DNA of 27,547 bases. Origin: Deltaproteobacteria bacterium (GTDB lineage Bacteria; Myxococcota_A; UBA9160; SMWR01). A program made the position numbers and the translations under genes. The notes under the pieces were generated by a model. The model saw only the letters and a list, made by a program, of their open reading frames with translations. It did not search any database and was not told the DNA's origin. Shown piece by piece: positions 8,146 to 17,415 of the stretch; the first letter of the stretch is position 1; each line of letters starts with the position of its first letter. The DNA lies in NCBI GenBank assembly GCA_032128375.1, contig JAQBGU010000219.1, positions 1 to 27,547 of the forward strand. Direction: 5' to 3'.

Positions 8146-9435
8146 ATGGGCGAGGCCGTCCCGACAGCGCCTCCACTCAGCGATGCGCAGCGCGAGCGGG
8201 GGCGTCGGCTCGCGATCACCAGCCATCCTTTTGGAATGACATTTCGGACCGTCTTCACGTCGCCGCTTCCGACTTTGGCGCTTCTGGCGCTCGGCGCTGG
8301 CGAGTCGATAGTCGGACTGCAGAGCGCGATCGTATCCATTTCGTTGCTTTTGCAGTTTCCAATGTTGCGGCTGGTGTCGCAGGTTTCGAAGCGGAAAATT
8401 CTGGTGTGGGCGCACACTTTCGCGGTGTTCGGCGCTCTTCCATTGCTCGCATTTCGTCACTTCGAAGCAAGCGATTCCGGCGTCGCCGTCGGCATCGCTT
8501 TGGCGTGCTTTTCAGCCGCGGCGGCTGGGATCAGCGCATCGGAAACAGTCTGGTTTCCGATGCTGCGCAGCTATGTCGAACCCGGCAGGATCGGTCGGTT
8601 TTTTGGCATGATCCGTTCGGGCTGGCACCTGACGCTGATCATCTATTTCCTGGGGTCGCAGGCCTGGTTGGCGCGACATCCGAGCGACTTCGCACCGCTG
8701 TTCGCGGTCGGTGCGCTGTGCGGGCTGATCCGAATCGCGCTGATCGTGCGGCTACCCGAGCGCGATGAGCGCACCGGTGAACGCATCCAGGCCCGCCAGG
8801 CATTCGCTTTGCTGCGCGATCCGGCCATGCGCAACTATTTGGCGGGGGTGTGCTGCAGTGCTGCGGCACGGGCCTCGCTGCTTCCGTTTGCAGTCGTCAT
8901 GTTGCGCCGAGAGGTGGGGCTGAATGACGCCGTGGTACTGAACACCGCCATTGCGGCGTTCACCGGTGGCCTGATATCGCTGTATTTATGGGGTAGGGCA
9001 GTGGACCGCTTCGGCGCAGCGCCGATCATTCGCTGGACCAGCCTTGCGATGGGTGGGCTCGCATTCGGCCTGAGCGCGCTGGCGGGTGCCGCTGGCGATG
9101 CGGCAACCCTGGGCGGTGCTGTCGCGTTCTTTTTCGGTTTTTCCGTGCTGTCAGCAGGCTTCGGAGTGGCGGACACGCAAATTCTGTTCTCGCTCGCTCC
9201 CGCACACGCACCGTCGCGTGCACTGGTGTTGGCTGCGGTGATGGTCGGGTCGGCTGCCGCACTGACTCCGGCGTTGGCGGGTTGGTTGCTGGAACAGGGG
9301 CTTCGCGCCCACGACGACCGAATGGCCGTTTACCAACTGTTCTTCGCTGCGCTGGCATCACTCCAGATCGCTGCCGGCTGGCCGCTGCACCGACTGCAGA
9401 TCATCACAGATTTGCAAAGAAAAACGCAGAGTTGA
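8146..9435 (+). CDS. MFS transporter
   Basis: 429 aa, about 12 hydrophobic segments in two halves, WGRAVDRFGAAP motif-A-like loop. Confidence 0.85.
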   Translation: MGEAVPTAPPLSDAQRERGRRLAITSHPFGMTFRTVFTSPLPTLALLALGAGESIVGLQSAIVSISLLLQFPMLRLVSQVSKRKILVWAHTFAVFGALPLLAFRHFEASDSGVAVGIALACFSAAAAGISASETVWFPMLRSYVEPGRIGRFFGMIRSGWHLTLIIYFLGSQAWLARHPSDFAPLFAVGALCGLIRIALIVRLPERDERTGERIQARQAFALLRDPAMRNYLAGVCCSAAARASLLPFAVVMLRREVGLNDAVVLNTAIAAFTGGLISLYLWGRAVDRFGAAPIIRWTSLAMGGLAFGLSALAGAAGDAATLGGAVAFFFGFSVLSAGFGVADTQILFSLAPAHAPSRALVLAAVMVGSAAALTPALAGWLLEQGLRAHDDRMAVYQLFFAALASLQIAAGWPLHRLQIITDLQRKTQS

Positions 9436-9664
9436 TGCTGCCCCTGCAGCCGCGGTATCGTGCAAGGCTCGGGCTTGGCCGACTTCGATCAGTTTGACGT
9501 TCGAGGTTCCGACCTCGATTCATGACCTGATTTTCTGATTCCTGACTCTGACATTCGACCTCTTTCTTTCCACCCAATACCCCCTTCGACCGACCGTCGG
9601 AATCGATACGAGGATGACCCCGCTGGACCGCACGCGAACCCGCTCGCTCAATCGGAGATTCTCG

Positions 9665-12600
9665 ATGAAGTGGCCTTCAATGAAGAGCTCTTGGGTGAAG
9701 TGCCTTTTCACCGTTTCGTTCATGACGGCCCTGTGTATGTCAGCGGGTGCGGGGGCGAAGACGTTCACGGTCAACGCGGGTCTCGATGCGATCAATCAAC
9801 CCGTCCCTGACGGTGAAGAGGTTGTCTGCGACATCGGTACGGGCATGAACGAGTGTTCGCTTCGGGCTGCGATTCAGGCAGCCAACTCGAACCCAGGTCC
9901 GGATATCATCGAAATCGAGCTCGCTACCCTCGGGCTGATGGCGGGGCTGGTGAACGAGAATGGCGGATTCAGCGGCGACCTCGACATCCGATGCTCTGAG
10001 ATCGCGGAATGTGAGAACGAGTCACTGACGATCACCGGCGGCATGCTGGCGGGCGACGACGTGACGATCATCGAGGCAGCCGGGCTATTCGATCGCGCCT
10101 TCCACATCGTCGATCCGATCGAAGTGACGTTCCGCAATCTCGAAGTACGCAACACAAACGCTGGAAATTCGTCCGGCGACGGGACCGCGATTTGGAACCT
10201 GGGCACGCTGACCCTCGACAACGTCACGGTCACAGGCTCAACGGGACGGATCTTCGTCAGTAATACGGGTGTACCCGTTGTGACGTCCGCAGACGGCGCG
10301 ATTCTGAATTCAGGCGTGATGACGCTGAGGGATGTCCGCGTCTTGGACAACCTGGGCGATGGAATACACGCAGGATCTGGCCGAATCGAAATCGCCGGTC
10401 TGACCTCGACCGGGAATTCTGTCGCGGGTCTGAAAACGATCTCCGAGGAGGCCTTCGTCGAAGTGATCGGCGGTGATCTGACGTTGTCTCGCAACGCGGT
10501 CGGCTTCTGGTCCACTGGCGGACGCGCGATACTGAAGAGCGTCTCCGATGCTGATGCCTGCGAGATATCCGAAAACGACATCGCAGCTTCGGATCGACTC
10601 AACCCCTCTCACGGCGTGCTGCTGGTTGGCGGCTTCACGACAATCGAACGTTGCAACATCAGCGACAACGTGAACGAGCCTTTCACGGGTGGCAGTGGAA
10701 TCAGTAACTTGGGAACGCTGGAACTCGTCGACAGCCGGGTCCTCCGAAACGATGAGGGCCTACGGAACCTGGGACGCGCGATCGTTCGCGGTTCCGCGAT
10801 CTTCGATCACAATTTTTCCGGTATCGAAAACTTCGGGACGTTGACGGTCGTCAACACGACCGTGAGCGGAAACGCCGGCGCTGGCATCTCTTCGCAAGAT
10901 CTGGGTACGAACAATATCGCGGCGCTTCGGCTCTACAGCAGCACCGTAGTGTCGAATGCGGTCGCGGACCTCCGGCAATCGGCTACCGCCAACTTGATTG
11001 ACGTGCGCAACTCGATCGTAGCGGTATGTCAGGGGCCCCTGACGACAGCCTCGGTGATCAGGTCGCTCGGATTCAATATCGGTATGGACGCTTCCTGCGG
11101 ATTCGACGTGACGCCGGGCGATCAAGTCATCGCTGACCTGATCGGCGGCACGATCGACGCGCAACTGGCACTCAACGATGGAATGACCGAATCCCACAGG
11201 TTGTTGGCCGACACCGCGGGCAGCACCGATGTGAGTTGTCCGATTACCGACCAACGCGGCAAGCCGCGAACCCTCGGATCGTGCGATGTCGGGGCCTACC
11301 AGATATCCGGCACCGCGCAGACCCCTGTCGTTGCGAACGGCACAATTTTCGTCGCAAGTGACGCTGCCTCGGCGGTATTCGCGATTCCCGCTGACTACGA
11401 TCAGGATATGGACATGAATCGGTTTCCCCCAGTGCTCACGCGCGGATCCGGGCTCGTTGGCCCGATCAGCGTCACCGGAAACGGCACCGACTTCTTGGTT
11501 CTGGATGCAGAGCAGGGTCTGGTGTTTCAGATCGATCTCGCGACAGGGATTCCGAGAGTATTCAGTTCGACGGGGTTGCTCACCTCTCCTCGCGATCTCG
11601 AGTACGGGCCCGACGGCGACGTGTTCGTGGTCGGCCAGCCCGGTCTGCCAGGCGGGGTATCGGTTGTGCGCATCGATCCAGTGACCCGGGGCGCGACCAC
11701 GGTGGTGCACTCACCGCAGTTGTCCAATCTGCAATCCATCGATTTCGATGCAAACGGAGATTTGATCGTCTCGAGCAGAAACCTGGGGGTGTTCCGCATC
11801 GTGCTGCTTGAAGATGGCGTGGGTGTGGCGTCACAGATCGCAAGCGTGAGCGACCCGAGCGGTCTCGCCGTTCGGCGGACGGGTGAACTGCTCGTCGTCA
11901 ACCGAGCCACCAATGACGTGGTTGATCTGGATCCCGCGGCAGCAGGGAATGGAACGCCGATTGGAATCGCCGGTATCGAACCGATGGTGCTCGCAAGTCC
12001 ACGCGGATTGGGGATCGAACTCGAAACAGGAATACAAGATTCACTCGTCCAGGTGACGATGATCGTTTCCGAACGCAACGGCAAGCTGCACCGAATCGTC
12101 TGGAATGGAACAACCCCGATGGATACGGATCCGATCCTGGCCGAAATCCCACAGGGCCTGATCGGCCCGTCGAGCCTGTTCGGGCTGTGGGTTCTGCGAG
12201 ATCAGGACGAGGACGGAATTCTCGACGTCGATGACGACACCGACGGTGACGGCTTGTCCGACGATTTCGAAACGAATTCAGGGATCTTCATCGACGCAGC
12301 TCACCCGGGGACGGATCCGAACGACAAAGACTCGGACGACGACAATCTCCTCGATGGGTTCGAAGTGGCCAACGGCTTCGATCCGCACGGTGAGGGTTGC
12401 GATCCCGGCGCGCCGGGGCTCCCTGGCTGCGAGAGCACACTGGATCCCGACGAAGACGGCTTGACCAACCTCGAAGAACAGATGGCCGGAACGGATCCGC
12501 ACGACAAGGACTCGGACGACGACAATCTCCTCGATGGGTTCGAAGTGGCCAACGGCTTCGATCCGCTCTCGGCCGGCGAGAATTGCAATCCCGGCAACCC

Positions 12601-12829
12601 CGGTCGCCCTGGCTGTGATGACACACTGGATCCCGACGAAGACGGCTCCAGCAACTTTCAGGAACAGATGGCCGGAACCGACCCAAACGACAGCGACGAT
12701 TTCCTGTTCGCCAGGGTCCCAGCCGTCGGCAGATTGGGAATCTGGGTCCTGGCACCGTTGTTGTTGCTGGCATCTCGCTTCCTGCTCTCGCGGCGCCAAG
12801 CTGCAGGGTTGATCGCCACGGGGCGTTAG
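9665..12829 (+). CDS. Large secreted/surface protein: signal peptide, CSLREA motif, beta-helix, choice-of-anchor-Q-like region, beta-propeller, acidic Ca-binding repeats, C-terminal sorting-type TM
   Basis: Signal peptide ending AGA|KTFTVN; CSLRAAIQAAN; G-x-I-x-N-x-G-x-L repeats; TDQRGKPR..CDVGAYQ; P-x-(G/D)-L propeller repeats; DxDxDG repeats; VPAVGRLG + hydrophobic stretch + RR. GGAG 7 nt before ATG 9665 (the ORF could start at 9614). Confidence 0.85.
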   Translation: MKWPSMKSSWVKCLFTVSFMTALCMSAGAGAKTFTVNAGLDAINQPVPDGEEVVCDIGTGMNECSLRAAIQAANSNPGPDIIEIELATLGLMAGLVNENGGFSGDLDIRCSEIAECENESLTITGGMLAGDDVTIIEAAGLFDRAFHIVDPIEVTFRNLEVRNTNAGNSSGDGTAIWNLGTLTLDNVTVTGSTGRIFVSNTGVPVVTSADGAILNSGVMTLRDVRVLDNLGDGIHAGSGRIEIAGLTSTGNSVAGLKTISEEAFVEVIGGDLTLSRNAVGFWSTGGRAILKSVSDADACEISENDIAASDRLNPSHGVLLVGGFTTIERCNISDNVNEPFTGGSGISNLGTLELVDSRVLRNDEGLRNLGRAIVRGSAIFDHNFSGIENFGTLTVVNTTVSGNAGAGISSQDLGTNNIAALRLYSSTVVSNAVADLRQSATANLIDVRNSIVAVCQGPLTTASVIRSLGFNIGMDASCGFDVTPGDQVIADLIGGTIDAQLALNDGMTESHRLLADTAGSTDVSCPITDQRGKPRTLGSCDVGAYQISGTAQTPVVANGTIFVASDAASAVFAIPADYDQDMDMNRFPPVLTRGSGLVGPISVTGNGTDFLVLDAEQGLVFQIDLATGIPRVFSSTGLLTSPRDLEYGPDGDVFVVGQPGLPGGVSVVRIDPVTRGATTVVHSPQLSNLQSIDFDANGDLIVSSRNLGVFRIVLLEDGVGVASQIASVSDPSGLAVRRTGELLVVNRATNDVVDLDPAAAGNGTPIGIAGIEPMVLASPRGLGIELETGIQDSLVQVTMIVSERNGKLHRIVWNGTTPMDTDPILAEIPQGLIGPSSLFGLWVLRDQDEDGILDVDDDTDGDGLSDDFETNSGIFIDAAHPGTDPNDKDSDDDNLLDGFEVANGFDPHGEGCDPGAPGLPGCESTLDPDEDGLTNLEEQMAGTDPHDKDSDDDNLLDGFEVANGFDPLSAGENCNPGNPGRPGCDDTLDPDEDGSSNFQEQMAGTDPNDSDDFLFARVPAVGRLGIWVLAPLLLLASRFLLSRRQAAGLIATGR
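12311..12700 (+). repeat. Intragenic tandem duplication (180- and 186-bp units plus partial third) encoding thrombospondin-type-3-like repeats
   Basis: 12329-12386 is identical to 12509-12566 (58 bp), and 12436-12461 is identical to 12622-12647. Confidence 0.95.
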
Positions 12830-12842
12830 TCGCCGATCGGGC

Positions 12843-13727
12843 TCAGTCCTTCTTCGGATTCATCTCGAATGGGCCCTTGCCCATCTGCTCGCGGATCGGA
12901 ACGAATTCGGGCATCAGCATCGCGCGCCGCTGCCAGTTGGCACCATCGACGACCATCGTGTGCCCGGTGATGTACGAGGCGTACGGGGAAGCGAGAAATG
13001 TCGCCGCCCAGCCGAGTTCATGTGGGTAGCCCACGCGTCCGGCCGGACTGCGCAGGTCTTCCTGGCTGCCGCGCCCTGGCACACCGCGAATCGCATCGAC
13101 TTCGTCGCGATGTGGAAACAAGCCGGGGACCAGGCCGTTGACGCGCAGCCCGTAGGGTGCCCATTCGACGGCGAGCGTTTCCACCAGGTTTTTGACGCCA
13201 GCTTTTCCCGCCGCGGAGTGCGCGAAGCCGGGACCGCCGGTCCACGCGTAGGAGGCGCCGACGTTGATGATCGAACCGGGTGTCTTCGCGGCGATGTGAC
13301 GGCGTGCGAACTCGCGGGAGCAGTTGAATGTTCCGTTCAACACGATGTCGATTACGGTACGGAATGCGTTCGGGCTCATGTCTTCGGCCGGGACCGGGAA
13401 GTTCCCCGCGGCGTTGTTGACCAGGGTACCGACCGGGCCAAGTTCTTTCTCGATCGCATCGAACGCAGCACTGATCGTGTCGGGTTGGCGGATGTCGCAA
13501 GCCACAGCCAGGGCTCGACTGCCCAGAGCCTCTACGGCCCCGACGCCCGCTGATCGGTGAGCTGCGTCGCGGCTCGCGATGGCAACATTCGCACCAAGCC
13601 GCGCAAATTCGACGGAGATCGCCTTGCCGAGGCCCGTACCCCCGCCCGTAACCATGACCACCTGGCCATCGAAGGTTTGCGCGGGCAGAGCGCAAGCGCC
13701 AAGTTCGGGGGGGTGGGGCAATCCCAT
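12843..13727 (-). CDS. SDR oxidoreductase, 2,4-dienoyl-CoA reductase-like
   Basis: TGGGTGLG, NNAAGNF, IDIVLNGTF and HSAAGKAG (His in place of the catalytic Tyr, typical of DECR-like SDRs). GAGGA RBS. Confidence 0.88.
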   Translation of the reverse strand: MGLPHPPELGACALPAQTFDGQVVMVTGGGTGLGKAISVEFARLGANVAIASRDAAHRSAGVGAVEALGSRALAVACDIRQPDTISAAFDAIEKELGPVGTLVNNAAGNFPVPAEDMSPNAFRTVIDIVLNGTFNCSREFARRHIAAKTPGSIINVGASYAWTGGPGFAHSAAGKAGVKNLVETLAVEWAPYGLRVNGLVPGLFPHRDEVDAIRGVPGRGSQEDLRSPAGRVGYPHELGWAATFLASPYASYITGHTMVVDGANWQRRAMLMPEFVPIREQMGKGPFEMNPKKD

Positions 13728-13754
13728 GGCTCGAGTCCTCGCAGGGTGGGGGGA

Positions 13755-13777
13755 GTTCCCATTCTCGTTCCCATTCT
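13755..13777. repeat. Direct repeat GTTCCCATTCT x2 in divergent promoter region
   Basis: Copies at 13755-13765 and 13767-13777. Confidence 0.85.
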
Positions 13778-13904
13778 ATGGGCGACTGCGCTCGCTGGGA
13801 AGCGGCTGTGAGGTCTTATGGCAGCGGATACAATACGGGGGCCGCAGCCTACCGAAATGCGCGCGCCACCGACTCCTCGAGGGGGGAGCGAGCAGGAGAC
13901 CGAA

Positions 13905-14687
13905 ATGAGCGACCCACTGATCCAAATCGAGTATGACGGTCCGATCGCGATTCTGACCAACAACCGGCCCGAAAAGCACAATGCTGCCAACGACGCGATG
14001 GACGCCCAGCTGTGGCAGGCGCTCGCGGAGCTACACGCACGACCAGGGCTCCGCGCGATCATCTGGCGTGGTGTTGGAAAATCGTTTTCGTCCGGGCGCG
14101 ACACGACCGAACTCGGTGTTCGCACAGAGGACATCAGTGACCTCGATTTCATCGAGCGCGGGCACACAGGCGCCCAACACTTCTTCACGATGCCGTGTCC
14201 GATTATTGCGGTACTGAAGGGCTGGGTGATCGGAGGGTCATTCGAACGCGCGCTGTTATGCGACATGCGGATTGCCGGCGAGAGCGCAAAGATGCTGCTG
14301 CCGGAAATTCGCCATGGGGTGGTACCCGATTCCGGCGGTACTGCGCGCTTGTTTCAAATGGCAGGCCACGGGTTGGTGACCGACCTCGCGCTTACAGGCC
14401 GGCCGATGAGCGCCGATGAGGCGCTGCGACACGGTGTCGTTTCGCGTGTCGTACCCGACGAACAGCTCGATGAGACTGCTCTCGAGATTGCGCGCGCGAT
14501 TGCATCCTGCTCAGCATTTGCCGTCAAGATGTTCCGCAGGGAGATGGGCCGGCTGGCCAGCGGGGCAGTGCAGCAATCGATCCGCGAGGAAGCCGTCAAC
14601 CAATCGATGGTCTTCGCATCTTCAGACTACGCGGAGATGAAGGAGGCGCGCACAGCGGGCCGAGAGCCCAAGTACCGAAACCGCTAG
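13905..14687 (+). CDS. Enoyl-CoA hydratase/isomerase (crotonase) with both catalytic Glu
   Basis: NRPEKHNA, FSSGRD, GWVIGGSFERALLCDMRIA and LPEIRHGVVPDSGG. AGGAG RBS before ATG 13905. Confidence 0.92.
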   Translation: MSDPLIQIEYDGPIAILTNNRPEKHNAANDAMDAQLWQALAELHARPGLRAIIWRGVGKSFSSGRDTTELGVRTEDISDLDFIERGHTGAQHFFTMPCPIIAVLKGWVIGGSFERALLCDMRIAGESAKMLLPEIRHGVVPDSGGTARLFQMAGHGLVTDLALTGRPMSADEALRHGVVSRVVPDEQLDETALEIARAIASCSAFAVKMFRREMGRLASGAVQQSIREEAVNQSMVFASSDYAEMKEARTAGREPKYRNR

Positions 14688-14697
14688 GGGCATCGGG

Positions 14698-14790
14698 GTC
14701 GACAGCTGAGAGTCGACAGTCGAGAGTCGAGAGTCGAGAGTCGAGAGTCGACAATCAACAATCAACAGTCGAGAGTCGAGGTCAACAGTC
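14698..14790 (+). repeat. Heptamer tandem array of GTCGAGA/GTCGACA/ATCAACA variants (about 13 units)
   Basis: GTCGACA GCTGAGA GTCGACA (GTCGAGA)4 GTCGACA (ATCAACA)2 GTCGAGA GTCGAG GTCAACA GTC, intergenic. Confidence 0.95.
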
Positions 14791-14862
14791 GCTGACACGA
14801 GGTCTCGCGGCGATCCGAAAGAGTTTCCAACACAAGACTGACTCAAACCCGGGAGGTTTCCG

Positions 14863-15693
14863 TTGAGTGAAGTGCAACCGGTCGATACAGGAACCCGCGA
14901 TCTGCTCTGCCGCATCGAAGACCGGGTGGCCGTCGTCACGCTGAATCGTCCGGACGCCAAGAACGCGCTTTCGCCGGAGATGAAGGAAGCGCTGGGTGTG
15001 TTGATCCCGAAGCTGGATTCAACGGCAGACGAGCTGGACACCGGCGTACGCTGTCTGCTGCTCACCGGAGCCGGCAGTGCATTCTGCTCTGGTGGAGACA
15101 CCAAGTCCATGGCCAAGGGAGATGTGATCCCACGCCTCGACGACCGGGTCCGGCGCGTGCGACGCGAGCACGCGTTTCCCGCGGCGTTGCACGAAATGTC
15201 GGTTCCGGTCATCGCCGCACTTCCGGGTGCTGCTGCCGGAGCTGGCTTCTCGATCGCACTCGCATGCGACCTGCGCATTGCCGCGCAGAGTGCGTTTTTG
15301 ATTACGTCATTTGGTCGCGTCGGCCTCAGCGGAGACTACGGGGGAAGCTGGTTCCTGACGCATCTGGTCGGCCCCGCGAAGGCACGCGAGTTGTACTTTC
15401 TTTCGCCGCGTGTTTCGTCGCAGGAGTGTCTGCAGCTCGGTCTGTTCAATTGGGTGGTAGCTGACGACGAGCTTCCCGACAGGGCCCTCGAGCTCGCGAA
15501 ACAGATCGCCTCGGGGCCGCCGATCGCGCATCGCTACATGAAAGAGAACCTCAACCGCGCGATCACGGAGGATCTACGCACGTGCCTGGAATTCGAAGCA
15601 GACCGCCAGGTTCGCGGCGCCTTCTCCGATGACTACAAGGAGGCGGTCAGCGCCTTCATCGAGAAACGCACCCCGCACTTTCAGAATCGCTGA
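14863..15693 (+). CDS. Crotonase-family enzyme, PaaG-like (Asp-type) isomerase/hydratase
   Basis: LNRPDAKNALS, AFCSGGD, GAAAGAGFSIALACDLRIAA and SFGRVGLSGDYGGSWFL (Asp present, Glu pair absent). GGAGG RBS, TTG start. Confidence 0.9.
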   Translation: MSEVQPVDTGTRDLLCRIEDRVAVVTLNRPDAKNALSPEMKEALGVLIPKLDSTADELDTGVRCLLLTGAGSAFCSGGDTKSMAKGDVIPRLDDRVRRVRREHAFPAALHEMSVPVIAALPGAAAGAGFSIALACDLRIAAQSAFLITSFGRVGLSGDYGGSWFLTHLVGPAKARELYFLSPRVSSQECLQLGLFNWVVADDELPDRALELAKQIASGPPIAHRYMKENLNRAITEDLRTCLEFEADRQVRGAFSDDYKEAVSAFIEKRTPHFQNR

Positions 15694-15789
15694 GTCACGT
15701 TCGGGCCCCCGGATCTCTACCTGGGAGTCTGCGCGGTAGAGCGCCAGCTCCAGCGTGGAGATGCCGACGGTGAAGTCGAAGAATTCGCC

Positions 15790-17346
15790 CTAGGGGCGCG
15801 GGCCGTAACGCTTCGGTCCCAGCTGGCCGCTGAGTTGGTGCTGAATCTCCCGGAGCCAGGAAACTACACGCGGACGCGTATCTCGCGGATCGATCAGGTC
15901 GTGGACGCCGAATTCTTCGGCGCGCGGGAAGACGGACTGTGCTGTGATCATCTCGTCTTCCAGTTCACGACGGCGCGCCTCTGGGTCGGGTGCTGCTTCG
16001 ATTTCACTGCGATAGGCGATGGCTACACCGGCCTCGACCGGAAGCGCTCCACATTGTGCAGAAGGCCACGCTACGGCAGTGACCTGCGGCCCGAGATGGA
16101 TGCCCGCCGCCACCCCGAATGACCTGCGAACGAGCACAGCGAACCACGGCACGCTCGTCTGCAGTGCTGCGAACATGGTCTGCATGCCGAAACGGATGGT
16201 CCCGGCCTTCTCGGCCGCGGAGCCGATGGCGAAGCCAGGTTCGTCGACGAAGCTCAAGATCGGCACGTGGAAGCTGTCGCACAATTCGAAGAAGCGACGG
16301 ACCTTTTGTGCGCCCTCGGCCGTCATCGACCCGCCGTCTCGGTAGCAGTCGTTCGCGAGGATTCCGACCGAGTGGCCATCGACGCGTGCCAGACCGGTAA
16401 TCTGGCTACGACCGTAGTACGGCGCGGTTTCGAAGAACGACTCGGTATCGACGACGAGTTCAATCACGCGGCGCATCTTGTATGCACGGCGTCGGTTGCG
16501 CGGAATGATCGACAGCAACTCCTGCTCGCGACGTTCCGCGGGGTCGGGGATCGGGACCCGCGGCGGTAGCTCGAAGACACTGCCGGGCAGGTAGCTCAGG
16601 AATCTGCGCGCCTGCCTCCAAACATCTGCTTCGTCCTCGGCGAGGTTATCGACGACGCCACTCTTGGTGTGGATATCCGCGCCGCCAAGTTCTTGCTTGC
16701 TCGAGCCCTCGCCGGTTGCACGCGCAACCAGCGCCGGCCCGCCGGTCAACACCTGCGCAGTGTTGCGTGTCATGATGGACAGATGTGAGGCGACCAGGCG
16801 AGCGGCCGGGAACCCTGCAACCGGGCCCAGCGCCGCGCACACGACGGGTACTGTCGCGAGCGCATCGATACACAGAAGGTTGGCGATGGCCGGTGACGTC
16901 ATGTCGTAGCCGGAACGCCCGGTCGTGCCGGTGCTGCCGGCGATCGATGCGCCACCTCCTTCGAGTAACCGCACCAGCGGCATGCGTCGGCGAATGGCCA
17001 ACTCGTCCGCGTACAAGCCCTTCTTCAGGCCTGCTGCCGAATAGGCGGCGCCGCGAATCGTGAAATCGTCCCCGCACACGACGACCGGGCGCCCATCGAT
17101 CGAGGCGACTCCCAGCAGCACGTTCGAGGCAGTAAAAGACTTGACGCCGCCCTCGTCGTCGGTCTCCGAGACACCCGCAACCCCACCCCACTCGTTGAAG
17201 CTGCCGGGGTCGACAAGCGCGTCGACGCGCTCCCGCACGGCCAATCGGCCGCGCTCGTGTTGTCGGGCAACCGCCTCGGAACCCCCGTGGTCGCGGGCAA
17301 GTTCACGGCGGCGTGCGATCTGGTCGACCTCTTTTTGCCAGCTCAT
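15790..17346 (-). CDS. Acyl-CoA carboxylase carboxyltransferase (beta) subunit family
   Basis: QHERGRLAVRERVDALVDPGSF, DDFTIRGAA, GLARVDGHSVGILAND, FVDEPGFAIG and DLIDPRDTR. Confidence 0.92.
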   Translation of the reverse strand: MSWQKEVDQIARRRELARDHGGSEAVARQHERGRLAVRERVDALVDPGSFNEWGGVAGVSETDDEGGVKSFTASNVLLGVASIDGRPVVVCGDDFTIRGAAYSAAGLKKGLYADELAIRRRMPLVRLLEGGGASIAGSTGTTGRSGYDMTSPAIANLLCIDALATVPVVCAALGPVAGFPAARLVASHLSIMTRNTAQVLTGGPALVARATGEGSSKQELGGADIHTKSGVVDNLAEDEADVWRQARRFLSYLPGSVFELPPRVPIPDPAERREQELLSIIPRNRRRAYKMRRVIELVVDTESFFETAPYYGRSQITGLARVDGHSVGILANDCYRDGGSMTAEGAQKVRRFFELCDSFHVPILSFVDEPGFAIGSAAEKAGTIRFGMQTMFAALQTSVPWFAVLVRRSFGVAAGIHLGPQVTAVAWPSAQCGALPVEAGVAIAYRSEIEAAPDPEARRRELEDEMITAQSVFPRAEEFGVHDLIDPRDTRPRVVSWLREIQHQLSGQLGPKRYGPRP

Positions 17347-17353
17347 GATCGCA

Positions 17354-17362
17354 ACGATACCA
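17354..17362 (-). promoter_or_regulatory. Candidate extended -10 element for a leaderless carboxyltransferase transcript
   Basis: Minus strand reads TGG-TATCGT-N7-ATG, with no Shine-Dalgarno at the usual spacing. Confidence 0.35.
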
Positions 17363-17415
17363 CGGGAGCCACACTGCCCGACGGCTGCGAACCGGTCGGA
17401 TATTCCGTCGCGTTC

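Noticed and set aside
12311..12700. Possible DGR template/variable repeat pair
   Set aside because: Both copies are in-frame tandem coding units, differences are not adenine-specific, and there is no reverse transcriptase in the window.
4687..12829. Genomic island interrupting the catabolic cluster
   Set aside because: No integrase, transposase, tRNA or flanking direct repeats, and no obvious composition shift.
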